64,000 bases of DNA. Origin: Heterodontus francisci. Its lineage: Eukaryota. Shown here one piece after another: positions 1 through 11,530 of the stretch (positions are counted from its first letter, which is position 1; the number at the start of each line of letters is the position of its first letter). Where the stretch lies: contig NC_090396.1 of NCBI RefSeq assembly GCF_036365525.1, positions 24,156,283-24,220,282 on the forward strand. The letters are read 5' to 3'. The translations under genes and the position numbers were made by a program. Under the pieces are notes generated by a model that searched no databases, was not told where the DNA came from, and saw only the letters and a program-made list of their open reading frames with translations.

Positions 1-1843
1 AGAAGAAATTTTATAGTTACATAAAGGGAAAGCAGGTGGTCAAGAGCAATGTAGGCCCACTAAAAGCTGAAAATGGAAATATTGTCATTGATAATGAGGA
101 AATGGCAGACATGTTGAACAATTACTTTGCCTCAGTATTTACAGTTGAAAAGGAGGATAACTTGCCGGAAGTCCGGAAAAAATTAATAGCCGATAGGGGA
201 CGGGGACAGGGACTTAATTCAATTAAGGTAAGTAAAACATCAGTAACAAGGAAATTAATGGAACTAAAGAGTGAGAAACCCCCAGGACCTGACGGTTTCC
301 ATCCGAGGGTGTTAAAGGAAGTAGGGGAGCACATTGTAGATGCCCTAACTATAGTCTTTCAAAGTTCCCTAGATTCAGGAGTGATCCCTCTGGATTGGAA
401 AGTTGCACATGTCACTCCACTTTTTAAGAAGGGTGAAAGGGGGAATCAAGGAAATTACAGACCAGTTAGCCTGATATCTGTGGTGGGCAAGTTGCTGGAG
501 TCTATAATCAAGGATAGGGTGACTGAACACCTAAAAAATTTTCAGTTAATCAGGGACAGCCACATGGATTCATGACGGGAAGGTCATGCCTGACAAATCT
601 CATTGAATTTTTTGAAGAGGTGACTAAGGTAGTGGACAGGGAAATGGATGTTATTTATATGGACTTCCAGACGGCATTTGATAAAGTCCCACATAAGAGA
701 TTGTTAACTAAGGTAGAAGCCCATGGAGAACAAATTATTGACATGGTTAGAAAGTTGGTTGAGTGGTAGGCGACAGAGAGTGGGGATAATGGGTAAGTAC
801 TCCGATTGGCAGGATGTGACTAGTGGTGTCCCGCAGGGATCTGTGTTGGGGCCTCAATTATTCACATTATTCATTAACGACTTGGATGATGGCATAGTAA
901 GTCATATATCCAAATTTGCTGATGATACAAAGTTAGGCGGCTTTGTAGACAGTCTACATGATAGCTAAAAATTGCAAAGAGATATTGACAGACTAGGTGA
1001 GTGGGCAAAACTGTGGCAGATGGATTTCAATGCGGGCAAGTGTGAGATTATCCATTTTGGACCAAAAAAGGATAGAGCAGGGTACTTTCTAAATGGGACG
1101 AGGTTAAGTACAGTGGATGTCCAAAGAGACTTGGGGGTTCAGGTGCATAGATCTTTAAAATGCCACGAGCAAGTGCAGAAAATAATTAAAAAGGCTAATG
1201 GAATGCCAGCCTTTATATCTAGAGGACTGGAGTATAAAGTCACAGAGGTTATGCTGCAGCTGTACAAAACCCTGGTTAGACCCCACTTGGAGTAGTGTGA
1301 GCAGTTCTGGGCACCACACCTTAGGAAGGATATATTGGCCTTGGAGGGAGTGCAACGTAGGTTTACAAGAATGATACCTGGACTACAGGGGTTAAGTTAC
1401 GAGGAGAGATTACACAAATTAGGCCTGTTTTTGCTAGAATTTAGAAGGTTTAAGGGGTGATCTGATCGAAGTCTTCAAGATATTAACAGGAAAAGACAGG
1501 CTAGATAAAGATAAACTATTTCCACTGGTTGGAGATTCTAAAACTAGGGGGCATAGTCTAAAAATTAGGACCAGACTATTCAGGAGAGATGTTAGGAAAC
1601 ATTTCTTCACGCAAAGGGTGGTAGAGGTTTGGAACTCTCTCCCACAAACAGCAGTTGAAGCTAGAACAGTTGTTAACTTTAAATCTGAGATAAATAGATT
1701 TTTGTTAAGCAAAGATATTAAGGGATATGGACCAAAGGCCATATGGAGTAAGGCCACGGATCAGCCATGATCTCATTGAATGGCGGGACAGGCTCGAGGG
1801 GCTGAATGGCTGACTTCTGTTCCTATCTTCCTATGTTCCTATG
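1..1843 (+). mobile_element. CR1 (HER1-like) LINE, 3' part of ORF2 (RT) plus 3' UTR, disrupted; runs off the window start
   Basis: Consecutive ORF pieces contain [43 protein letters not shown] and YKTLVRPHLE, with frameshifts and stops. It ends in a short repeat tail (ttcctatcttcctatgttcctatg). Confidence 0.95.
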
Positions 1844-1844
1844 A

Positions 1845-2749
1845 ATTCCTCCGCCAGTCCTTGAGGGCTCCCTGTTGTTATGGGCTCGCTTTTCCTACAA
1901 GTGGAAAAAGGGAGTCAGTAAGAGCTCTCAGAAAGAGCAAGAGAACAGTTCTGCTAGTGGCAGCTCCTCGTCCCCTGTAGGGGATATATTGGGGGTGAGC
2001 TGTGAAAGAAGGTGACCTGTTGCCGAGATGCAGCTGGCAGGATGTGATGATGCATAACTCCTTGGCCAGCGCCTTTGTGGCGACTCCATCCCCATGTCGC
2101 GCTGCCTCCCGTCTAGCCACATGCAAACTCCAAAGAAGCGAGGTGTTGTGCACTCACCTTGGCAGAACAAAGGAGGTCACTGACTCTCTTCCTGCACTGC
2201 ACCCAGGTTTGGTGGGTGACTCCGTGGCTTCTTACTTCCTCTGCAATCTCCATCCAGGCATTGCTTGGTCAGGCCAGTGAACCTCTTCTTTCCATCCCTG
2301 GGGGAGATGACCTCTTGCCTTTCCCTTGCAGCCTGGAGGAGAATCTCCAGAGAGGCATCGCTAAACTGTGCAGCCACCTGGTGTTTTGCCTCTGCCATAC
2401 TGTGCTGTCCTTCTCCTGGGAGTGGGGTAAAGGAGGGGTGCAGGAGTCACTCCCATACTGGTTTCAGCAGCAGTTGGCAAAGAGTAAATCTCGCAAAGGC
2501 TGCAATGCAAGCAGGGCTGGCAGGGATCTAAATATGGCACTAACATCTGCTCCAGAGTCATCTGACGCTGCAATCAGCGCCTCGGAGCCTGCCTCTGTCG
2601 GGCAATTGGACTGGCCCCACACCTCCAATATGATAATTGGCTGCCTGCTGTGTGCCTGTAGTCGGGTGGCCGCATACTTGATGAGCGGTGACGGCGCCCA
2701 CTTCCGGGTCTGCTGCTGGGACCCGCGACAGGCTCAGTAAATTCTGCCC
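1845..2749 (-). mobile_element. PIF/Harbinger-type element remnant carrying a Myb/SANT-like exon
   Basis: The terminal motif GGGCAGAATTTAC (reverse complement at 2737-2749) matches other TIRs in the window. It contains the Myb-like exon at 2158-2398. Confidence 0.7.
2158..2398 (-). pseudogene. Frameshifted Myb/SANT-like (NAIF1/MSANTD-type) DNA-binding exon of a Harbinger element
   Basis: Translates as MAEAKHQVAAQFSDASLEILLQAARERQEVISPRDGKKR..TKQ, then a frameshift, then AWMEIAEEVRSHGVTHQTWVQCRKRVSDLLCSAK, followed by the canonical donor AAG|GTGAGT. Confidence 0.75.
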
Positions 2750-3516
2750 GATGTTTGCAATTTGGTAGTGGTTTCTACGTGAGCCACTCTAACATGCCTG
2801 GTTATAACTGTAACTAAAAAGACAATATTTTAAGGATTACAGCTCTCAAAATCAATCAATATCTATATAACCCATTGTGGTCTAGTAATCAGAATAAAGT
2901 GTTATTAATATCCATGTGTCAACTGTATTTAGTTGATGTTGAAAATTCTCTTAAGCCTGCATATGATGATATAAATTACTCATTCCTGATAGATAATGCC
3001 GGTCAAAATTACTTTGTGCTGTTTACCATGTCACTTATTCAGCAATTATTGTGGCTCTTGTCACTAACAATTAGAATCCAGTGATTTTCTTTCCATCCAA
3101 GGCAAGCAACAGCTTCTTTCAGTTAAAATTCATTTATATTGAGTTAACATGAGTTAATGGAGCTGTGGTGCACTTATGTAAAAGTTCTCACTCCTTCTGC
3201 ATAAAGCCTCCCAAAAAGTCACATTGAGGCATTCCTAGCTGTTTTTATTTGGGAAGTAGGGGAAAAGTAGGAGAAAAGTTAGGGAATTTGGATAAAATGA
3301 TGGAGCCACCATGATCAATAGAAATGGTGTCACCGAATTGAAGTGATGAATAGTCTATTCGATTTCCTAATTTAAATTGGGCTGCCCGACTTGAATTTTG
3401 TGCTTCACTCCCATTTAAATTCTCCTCACAGATGCATCCCAATTCCTGACTATCCCCAATGGACAACAGTGTGTTAGACAGAGTAATAAGCCTGTCCTGC
3501 ACAAAGCAAAGTGGGT

Positions 3517-3975
3517 AGGGTTGAATTTTGTTCTCGTGGCTGGAGTTCCGCTGATGGCCCTGAAGTGGGGGTGTGAGGGGGGTGTGGGCGGTGTGTGGGG
3601 GGGGGGGGGTGACCCCACTTTAGATGTCAGTGGGGCCCAAGACCGCATCATGTTAGCGGCAGCCAACTAATCGCCACCGAGCGAGCCCCTTCTTTTCAAA
3701 GCGTGCCCAAATAGGAGGCCTCACCTGAGCATGCTGGGATGCTACCAGGGTTTACCAAGTGGTTTCCCCACCTGGCGGAGAGCCCACCTGCTGCTGGTAA
3801 AATGCCAGCGGCAGTGGGAAGATGCCCTTAATTGGCTTCTGAGAGGGAGGGCTGTCTGTCATCTTCCCTGCCGTTGGCAAGATGATGAGGGGCTTTCCAC
3901 CCCCCGCCATCCCTCGCCATTTTACGGCCCTCCTCACTCCCAGCCCGTCCCCAGAGGGCTGGTAAAATCTGGCCT
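3517..3975. mobile_element. GC-rich non-autonomous Harbinger-like MITE
   Basis: Imperfect TIRs (gggttgaatttt ... aaaatctggcct). Internal motifs are shared with 10257-10986 and 36489-37244. Confidence 0.55.
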
Positions 3976-4239
3976 GTAATTTCAGATGAGGGGGAGTAGT
4001 TAGAGCCAACGTTCAACTGAGGGTCTGTTACAGCTGAGCCCAATCTGATTCTCACATGATGACAACACATTTTTACTTTCCAGCAACAGTGCCGCTGACG
4101 TCATCAGGCTGCGCCAAGATGCGCACATGCGCAGATGAGCTCCTGCATGGCAATCCGACTTGCCAGGACTGGTTAGCGCATGCGCCGACAACATCATCAG
4201 GTAATGTGTACATCTTCGTGCAACACGCCTGGTCGGCTC

Positions 4240-4665
4240 CGCTTCCCCCGCTACCCCACCACTCTCTCCGGCTGCTCCACTTCCCCTGCCCCATCCCGCT
4301 GCTCTCTCCGGCCGTTCTGCACCGCTCCCCTCCCACCCCGCCGCTCTCTCCAGCCGTTCCACTCCGCTCCCCCCCCACCCCGCCGCTCTCTCCGGCCGCT
4401 CCACTTCCCCTGCCACACCCCGCCGCTCTCTCTGGCCGCTCCACTTCCCCCCCCCCCCACCCCGCCGCTCTCTCCGGCCGTTCCGCTCCGCTCCCCCCCC
4501 CCCACCCCGCCGCTCTCTCTGGCCGTTCCGCTTCCCTCCCCCCCAACCCCGCCTTTCTCTCTGCCCATTCCGCTCCCCCCCACCAACCCACCACTCTCTC
4601 CGCCCGGTCATTTCCGCTCCCCCCCCACCCCGCCTCTCTCCCCCCGCCACCTGCTCTCTCCCCCA
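4240..4665 (+). repeat. C-rich minisatellite with a ~40-45 bp unit (caccccgccgctctctccggccgttccgctccgctcccccc)
   Basis: About 9 degenerate tandem units are directly visible. They explain the repetitive spurious ORFs at 4000-4742. Confidence 0.9.
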
Positions 4666-4990
4666 TCCCTCCAGACACTAGCTTGAGGCGGTGCCGCTTC
4701 CCTCCTCTCTGCCACATGCTCCTACATCACCTTGCTTCTTAAGGCGGTGCGGTGCGGGAAGGAAGCAGGGGGCAGGGGGCAAGCGACCAGAGCGGAATGG
4801 CACTGAAAACAATTAGAATTGTGCAGCACTCTCAGAGGTGCTGTACTTTAGATTTCCATTGCGTGCTGCTATAGGTTTACTTTATCATTCTGTGATTATC
4901 TGAGCAGCACCATCTTTAGTCCTGGCAGCTGCCTTAACGTCGCAGACTGACATTTAAGTGGAACAGGCTGCATTTGCGCATGTGCCAGTA

Positions 4991-5008
4991 CAGCGCCACC
5001 TAGTGGTT
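4991..5008 (-). promoter_or_regulatory. CTCF core motif (CCACTAGGTGGCGC)
   Basis: cagcgccacctagtggtt is the reverse complement of a near-consensus CTCF site. Binding is not demonstrated. Confidence 0.55.
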
Positions 5009-6235
5009 GTGTTGTCAGCAAATGCAGCCTTTCAAAAAATACTTCATTGGTTATAAAGCACTTTGAGATGTCTGATTGTCAATATATGGTATGCTAGCAG
5101 TGTGATTTCCTGCAATCAGTGAGATCAGGACTATATGGCAGGGTATCCATTGCACATTTGCTAGCTGTCTAATTGCTCCATAAAAGATTAGCCTGAGGCA
5201 TGTTACATCATAGTCACTATACAAATCAGACTAGCTTTGGTTCACAGACCTGCTTCTGGAAGTTTACTTATACATGTTATAAGTTTGGCGATAGTAACAA
5301 AAGTGATTAAATTCCATTGGTGTCCAAGTGGTCTGTCACCGCAGAATTACAATTTTGTACATTACCGTATGTTTCTGGGCAGTGTGCATGACTTGTACCC
5401 TCTCCATAATTCATATGCATCAGAGCTAAGAAGTTTCATGAAGGATGGCTCCCTAGAGATTGGGGTTGTGGCTCTTAAACACTACTTCAAAATCCTTTAT
5501 TGAAATAGCCTGCAGGCAAAAATACTAAGCAGACATTTGACCTGCTGAGCCAAAGATTCCTCTCTTTAGATCACTCAAGGGTGCCTTTATAGTATGTGCT
5601 AATAGCGTCTCCAAAATTACTGTGGGATGCTGCAGAACAGAGCAATGGACAGAGGTTTCCTGAAGAGCTGTGTGACATTCACATACAAGCATGTTAATCT
5701 GTTTAAATTAACAAAGGAATTGGATCCGAACACAATATTCAGTTTGTATCAGAATTCTCCACGCCATGATTTCACCGCACTATTGCTTAATTTGATCAGT
5801 AGTGTGCCTTAAAAGAGATCCAGATGGTGGTGGGTGGGGAGGGACTATTAAACCTTTTCCCTATAGTATCTTCCAGCTGGTTCTTATGTAAATGCTCCGC
5901 TCTTTTGTTGTCCTGAGTCACATAGATCAGAAAGTCAAAAGCACCTTGGGATGTTTTATAATGTTAAAGACGCTATATAAATGCAAGTTCTTGTTGTTTC
6001 CACCTGCGATCTATGATGAGGTAACTGATCTCAGTTGGCTGCTACTTGGGTTTCAATAAATATTCTCAGTAAATTTGTTTCATGCAGTTTCAGTTAACTT
6101 AACATGGAACACTTTTCTCCAATCTGAGCTAGCCTGATTCCATCAGCCTATCCTAATAATTTAGTATCCTGGGACTTATTCCCCTTTTGGTAGACCTACA
6201 CATTTAACCTTCATGAGTATATTACAATGCAATCA

Positions 6236-6438
6236 AGGGACAGAATTTTACTGGCCTCTGGGTGGTGGGCTGGAAGGTGGGCTGGGGGTGGGGAGCTGGT
6301 AAAATAGTGGGGAGCCATGCCGCGATGGCTCCCCGATGCAGTCCCGCCGCTGGGACATTTTCCCAGCTGTGGGCTGCGATGCAGATGTGCTGAAATTGTG
6401 GTGGTGAAGCAGCAGCATTTCCAAGGAAATTCCCAACC
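6236..6438. mobile_element. Short Harbinger-like MITE remnant
   Basis: Starts gggacagaattttac like the other TIRs and has a GC-rich body. Confidence 0.4.
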
Positions 6439-6544
6439 ATAGGTACTTAAAAGGATACAGGAACGCTGAGTTGATTTCATGGTTAGCTCCTGCATTTCTA
6501 CTTGCACGCTGTTGTTCTGCCTTCCCAATTTATATTCCCATTAG

Positions 6545-6805
6545 TCTTTACAGTCTAAGAGATACATAATGAGATAGAGATGGGAAACCCAGAACAATAT
6601 TACAGGATAAGAGAGCCAGGCTCAGAGTTGTGAAAGGCAAGTGTAAGACAGATATCAGGAAGTATTTACACAGAGTATGGTCAACAGCTGGAGCAGGTGA
6701 TGGAAGCCAGGAGACTGGATTCATTCCACAAACAGATGTTGTGATGGGAGATGCTTGACATCTGGAAGAATGAGACCAGTTGAGCCAAAGGGCTTTCTTC
6801 ATTCA
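6545..6805 (+). mobile_element. Old CR1 3' fragment
   Basis: Degenerate similarity to the CR1 ORF2 end (acagatatcaggaagtatttacacagagt) and to the 3' UTR (gagccaaagggctttctt). Confidence 0.5.
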
Positions 6806-6914
6806 AACCGATCATGTGAAAGCGCTGTGCATGCTCGGGTACAGTGCAAAATGGTCTGACAGGTGTCTGATACCTTTTCTTCATGTGTAAGCTTCGATAA
6901 TTAATGGATATTTG

Positions 6915-7175
6915 ACTGTGGAGGGCATCACACCAGAGCCCATTTCTGTCCTCACTCCATGTCGGTCCACATATACACTTTTAATCAGGAAGTATTATCG
7001 ATCAGGACCTGAAATGCTGCCTGATTTTTCACTTCACTATCCCAACGGCAATGAGGATAATTATAGCAACCATCTGCCATTGTGCCTGAGATCAGCACTA
7101 TTTGGGGATTGAATCAGGACCTTTCCGGGCCTGAGTGACTTGGCAACATATTGGTTATTTCTCCACTGAATTGGT
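6915..7175 (-). mobile_element. Old tRNA-derived SINE (family C in this window)
   Basis: Similar to 23500-23795 and 34990-35260. It has a B-box-like gattcaatcccc on the minus strand. Confidence 0.5.
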
Positions 7176-7215
7176 CAGTTCAGTGTAAGAACAACAGCAA
7201 CTTACATTTATATAG

Positions 7216-8474
7216 CAACTTAATAGAATTCTTTGAGGAAGTGACAAAGTTGATTGATGAGTGAAGGGCTGTAGATGTCATATACATGGACTTCAGTAAG
7301 GCGTTTGATAAGGTTCCCCATGGGTAGGCTGATGGAGAAAGTGAAGTCGCATGGGGTCCAGGGTGTACTAGCTAGATGGATAAAGAACTGGCTGGGCAAC
7401 AGGAGACGAGAGTAGCAGTGGAAGGGAGTTTCTCAAAATGGAGACGTGTGACCAGTGGTGTTCCACAGGGATCCGTGCTGGGACCACTGTTGTTTGTGAT
7501 GTACATAAATGATTTGGAGGAAAGTATAGGTGGTCTGATTAGCAAGTTTGCAGACGACACTAAGATTGGTGGAGTAGCAGATAGTGAAGGGGACTGTCAG
7601 AGAATACAGCAGAATATAAATAGATTGGAGAGTTGGGCAGAGAAATGGCAGATGGAGTTCAATCAGGGCAAATGCGAGGTGATGCATTTTGGAAGATCCA
7701 ATTCAAGAGTGAACTATACAGTAAATGGAAAAGTTCTGGGGAAAATTGATGTACAGAGAGATTTGGGTGTTCAGGTCCATTGTTCCCTGAAGGTGGCAAC
7801 GCAGGTCAATAGAGTGGTCAAGAAGGCATACGGCATGCTTTCCTTCATCGGACGGGGTATTGAGTACAAGGGTTGGCAGGTCATGTTACAGTTGTATAAG
7901 ACTTTGGTTCAGCCACATTTGGAATACTGCGTGCAGTTCTGGTCGTCACATTACCAAAAGGATGTGGATGCTTTGGAGAGGGTGCAGAGGAGGTTCACCA
8001 GGATGTTGCCTGGTATGGAGGGCGCTAGCTATGAAGAGAGGTTGAGCAGATTAGGATTATTTTCATTAGAAAGGCGGAGGTTGAGGGGGGACCTGATTGA
8101 GGTGTACAAAATCATGAGAGGTATAGACAGGGTGGATAGCAAGAAGCTTTTTCCCAGAGTGGGGGATTCAATTACTAGGGGTCACGAGTTCAAAGTGAGA
8201 GGGGAAAGGTTTAGGGGGGATATGCGTGGAAAGTTCTTTACGCAGAGGGTGGTGGGTGCCTGGAACGCGTTGCCAGCGGAGGTGGTAGACGCGGGCACGA
8301 TAGCGTCTTTTAAGATGTATCTAGACAGATACATGAATGGGCAGGAAGCAAAGAGATTCAGACCCTTAGAAAATAGGCGACATGTTTAGATAGAGGATCT
8401 GGATCGGCGCAGGCTTGGAGGGCCGAAGGGCCTGTTCCTGTGCTGTAATTTTCTTTGTTCTTTTTTCTTTGTTC
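7216..8474 (+). mobile_element. Young 5'-truncated CR1 LINE with a long open RT C-terminal ORF (7376-8389), inserted in an L2 tail
   Basis: The 337-aa ORF has [21 protein letters not shown] and FFTQRVV. The tail is (ttttctttgttc)x2, and the TSD TATAG lies at 7211-7215 / 8475-8479. Confidence 0.95.
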
Positions 8475-8475
8475 T

Positions 8476-8825
8476 ATAGTGTCTTTAATATAGCAAAACT
8501 TTCCCAGCTTCGCAGAGGTGTTATCAGACAAAATTTGATACCGACCCATGTAAGGAAATATTAGTACAGGTCACCAAAAATTTGGTCAAAGAGCTAGGTT
8601 TTAAAGAGAATCTTTAATGAGGGGAGAAACGTGGAGAGACAGAGAGGTTTTAGGGAGGGAATTCCAGAGCTTTGGGCCTGGACAACATAGCCACCGATGA
8701 TGGAGCGAAGGAAATCGTAGAGGCCAGAATTGGAGGACTGCAGAGTTCTTGGAGGCTGTCAGGCTGGAGGAGATTCAGAGGTAGGGAGAGGCAAGGCCAT
8801 GGAAGGATTTGATCACAAGGATGGT
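8476..8825 (-). mobile_element. L2-type LINE 3' fragment (its tail continues at 7190-7215)
   Basis: Has the ...catttatatag... tail and ggagggaattccagagc / aggccatggaaggatttg motifs shared with 21960-22285 and 31190-31455. Confidence 0.75.
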
Positions 8826-8827
8826 AC

Positions 8828-9460
8828 TGTTGTTTTACATCTTGGAGAGTTAAGGCTTAATAATCAATGGCTTGTGTCTTGGAACAACAGACTCTCTAAG
8901 AAACAAGAATGCAGCGGGATGCCTCAGCAAGGAAATATTGAGTATGAGGGATTAGCATATAACTTTAATGGCTAGTGTAATAAACATAGGAAGAGGGTTC
9001 ACTTAACTATAGTATAGAGGGATGCTTAGCAAGATAAGCTTTAGTATACGTTCTCCTTAAAGAATGCAAGAAAAGATAGATAGGTCAGGAAGTCTTGTTG
9101 GAGGATAAGTAAACAACTAACTTGAACACCAACAACTTGAAGTAAACAACTACAAGTGTTTATGTAAAAAGATTGTTTTCAAAGGACTTCGGAATCCTTT
9201 ATATCATGGGCTTTTATTTGTGACATATACCTTTGATGTGGGCAAACTAGGGTATGTAAAGGAGCATGGTTTTCAACAGTTCTTTGGAGGGCTCAAAAGA
9301 TAGTGAAACCAAGTAGCTACTTGCAGTGTACAGCTAGGTTAATCACCTGTGCTTCATAGGAATAAAGTCTGTTCCATATGCTCCACCATCTTATGCTTAC
9401 TTGAAGCAACGTTATGAACCATAGAAGTAAGAGGTTGACTAACGTTTGATCCGAACAACT
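8828..9460 (+). mobile_element. Possible old solo LTR
   Basis: Starts tgttgtt and ends aacaac(t), with AATAAA at 9361. It interrupts the L2, but no TSD is visible. Confidence 0.3.
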
Positions 9461-9669
9461 GTGAGGAAGTAAATGTAACAAACCAAAATAGTTAACACTA
9501 TTTCATCTGGAAGCAATGGGGCCACATTTTCATTTCTCTTTAAGGAAATGAGATAAGATATTGGCGCTGAAATCACCCCATGGAATAGTCGTAAGACAAA
9601 TGTTTAATCAGTGGGAAAAATCTTCACTGGTTGGAGTCATACCCAGCACAAAGGGAGATGGTTGTGGCT

Positions 9670-9825
9670 AATAAAAGCAAAATACTGCAGATGCTGGAAA
9701 TCTGAAATAAAACAGAAAGTGCTGGAAACACTCAGCAGGTCTGGCAACATTTGTGGAGAGAGAGACAGCCAGAGGAAGAGACATATTTGACTTGAAATGT
9801 TGGCTCTGTTTCACTCTCTACAGAT
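9670..9825. mobile_element. Penelope-like element terminal (fold-back) fragment
   Basis: gatgctggaaatctgaaataaaacagaaagtgctggaaacactcagcaggtctggc...tctgtttcactctctacagat is self-complementary and belongs to the same family as 40910-41015 and 41340-41665. Confidence 0.55.
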
Positions 9826-10256
9826 AGTTGTGGTTGTTGGATGTAGATCATATCGGCCCCAGGACATTGCTGATGTTCGTCAGGGCAGTGTCCAAGGCTC
9901 AAACATCTTCAGCTGCTTCATCAATGATCTTCCTTCCATTGGAAAGTCAGAAGTGGGATGGTGTTCAGTTCCATTTGCAATTCTCCAATATAATGAATGC
10001 CCTCAGGCAGCAAGACCTGGACAACATCCAGACTTAGGCTGGTAAGTGACAAGTAACATTCATGCTAATTAGTACCAGGCAATGACCATCTCTTACAAGG
10101 CAGAGTCTAACCACCTCTCCTTGACATTGGCACTACAATCATCGAATCCCCCACCATCAACATCCTGGGGGCCACCACAGACCAAAATCCTAATTGGATC
10201 GACCAGATAAATGCCATGGCTACAAGAGCAGATCAGTGGCTCAGTATTCACCTCCT

Positions 10257-10986
10257 GGGCAGGATTTACAGCTTGCAGCAGGGGTCCTGTCACCGGGCTG
10301 GAAAGTGGGGTGGGGGGAGGGGGTGAAGCCACTTTAGTGGGGTCCTGGGGCCCTGGGGCCGCATCTTGTCAGTAGCAACCAATTAATTGGCTGCTGCCAG
10401 GGTGTCTGTCCTTATGAAGATCAGCCATCTGCCCCCAAGAGCTGCCAGCCAATCAGAGGGCTGGCAGCTCAGCAGCCTCAGCAGCGCCACTGGGAGTGGT
10501 GGCCACTCCTGGGGCTGCACCTGGAGGAGGAGGGTGCATCAATGGACTTGCGCCCTCACAACCAGGTAAGTGAGGTCTGGGGGCACCGGGGCCAGCCAGG
10601 CAGGCCATGATGAAGGGGTGGAGGGATTGGTGAGGGCAGGTGTTGCAGTTACCCCACAGCCATTGCCACCAGGGACCCCTTCCTGGCCCAAAGAGTGCTC
10701 AAAATGAAGGGCCACCCTCCGAGCCCACTGGGAGGCTGCCAGGTTTATCTGGTGGTCTCCCCATGTGGTGGAGGGCCTCCCTGCTGCTAGTAAACTGTCA
10801 GTGGAGCCAGGAAGCAGCACCTAATTGACCACTTAAGTGGCTCAGTTGGGCAGGCCATCTGCCACCTTTCCCACATTTGGCAAGGTGGCATGGTGGCAGG
10901 AAGATGACAGGCACACCACACACTGCCATCCTGCGCTAGTCTAGCCTTCCCACCTCCCAACCTGTCCTCAAAGGAAAATACAGCCC
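10257..10986. mobile_element. Harbinger-like MITE with a 3-bp TSD
   Basis: TIRs gggcaggattt ... aaaatacagccc. The host LINE sequence ctcctgactc is split, duplicating CCT (10254-10256 / 10987-10989). Confidence 0.75.
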
Positions 10987-11216
10987 CCTGACTCCCTAAA
11001 GCCTTTCAAACACCTACAAGGAACACGTCAGGAATGTGATGGAATACTTCCCACTTGCCTGGATGAGTGCAGTTCCAACAATAATCAAGCAGCTTGACAC
11101 CATCCAGGCTTAAGTAGCCCACATCTTGTCAGTGGCTTGATCGGCACCCCAGTTACCATCTTAAATGTTCACTCCCTCCACCGCTGGCGCACAGTGACAG
11201 CAGTGTGTACCATCTA

Positions 11217-11530
11217 GAGTCATAGAGAGATACAGCACTGAGACGGGCCCTTCGGCCCACTGAGTCTGTGCCAGCCAACAACCACCCATTTATACTAATC
11301 CTACATTAATCCCATATCACATCCCCACCATCTACCTACACTAGGGGCAATTTACAATGGCCAATTTACCTATCAACCTGCAAGTCTTTGACTGTGGGAG
11401 GAAAACAGAGCACCCAGGAGAAACCCACGCAGTCACAGGGAGAACTTGCAAACTCCACACAGGTGGTGCCCAGAACTGAACCCAGCTCGCTGGAGCTATG
11501 AGACTGCGGTGCTAACCACTGTGCTGCCCT
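11217..11530 (-). mobile_element. HE1-like V-SINE (tRNA-derived head, CR1-like tail), near full length
   Basis: Minus strand reads gggcagcacagtggttagcacc...gggttcagttct, then the V-domain gtggagtttgcaagttctccctgtg..gtgggtttctcc. The 7-bp TSD CCATCTA lies at 11210-11216 / 11531-11537. Confidence 0.9.

Larger units (their letters stand above)
4075..5030. mobile_element. Unclassified non-autonomous element (copy 1) with internal minisatellite, terminal hairpin and CTCF motif
   Basis: Both ends are homologous, in inverted orientation, to 50520-51335. There is a perfect 13-bp inverted repeat at 4965-4977 / 5018-5030. Confidence 0.65.

Noticed and set aside
4240-4665. CRISPR-like array or prokaryotic defence system
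   Set aside because: The units are contiguous without unique spacers, there are no cas genes, and the window is vertebrate DNA.
4000-4742. Several overlapping 110-230 aa ORFs
   Set aside because: These are translations of a GC-rich minisatellite that lacks stop codons.
11460-11530. tRNA gene-like A/B boxes (also near 19110-19160, 25509-25522 and 38222-38282)
   Set aside because: These are SINE heads followed by V- or Deu-domains, and no complete cloverleaf is evident.
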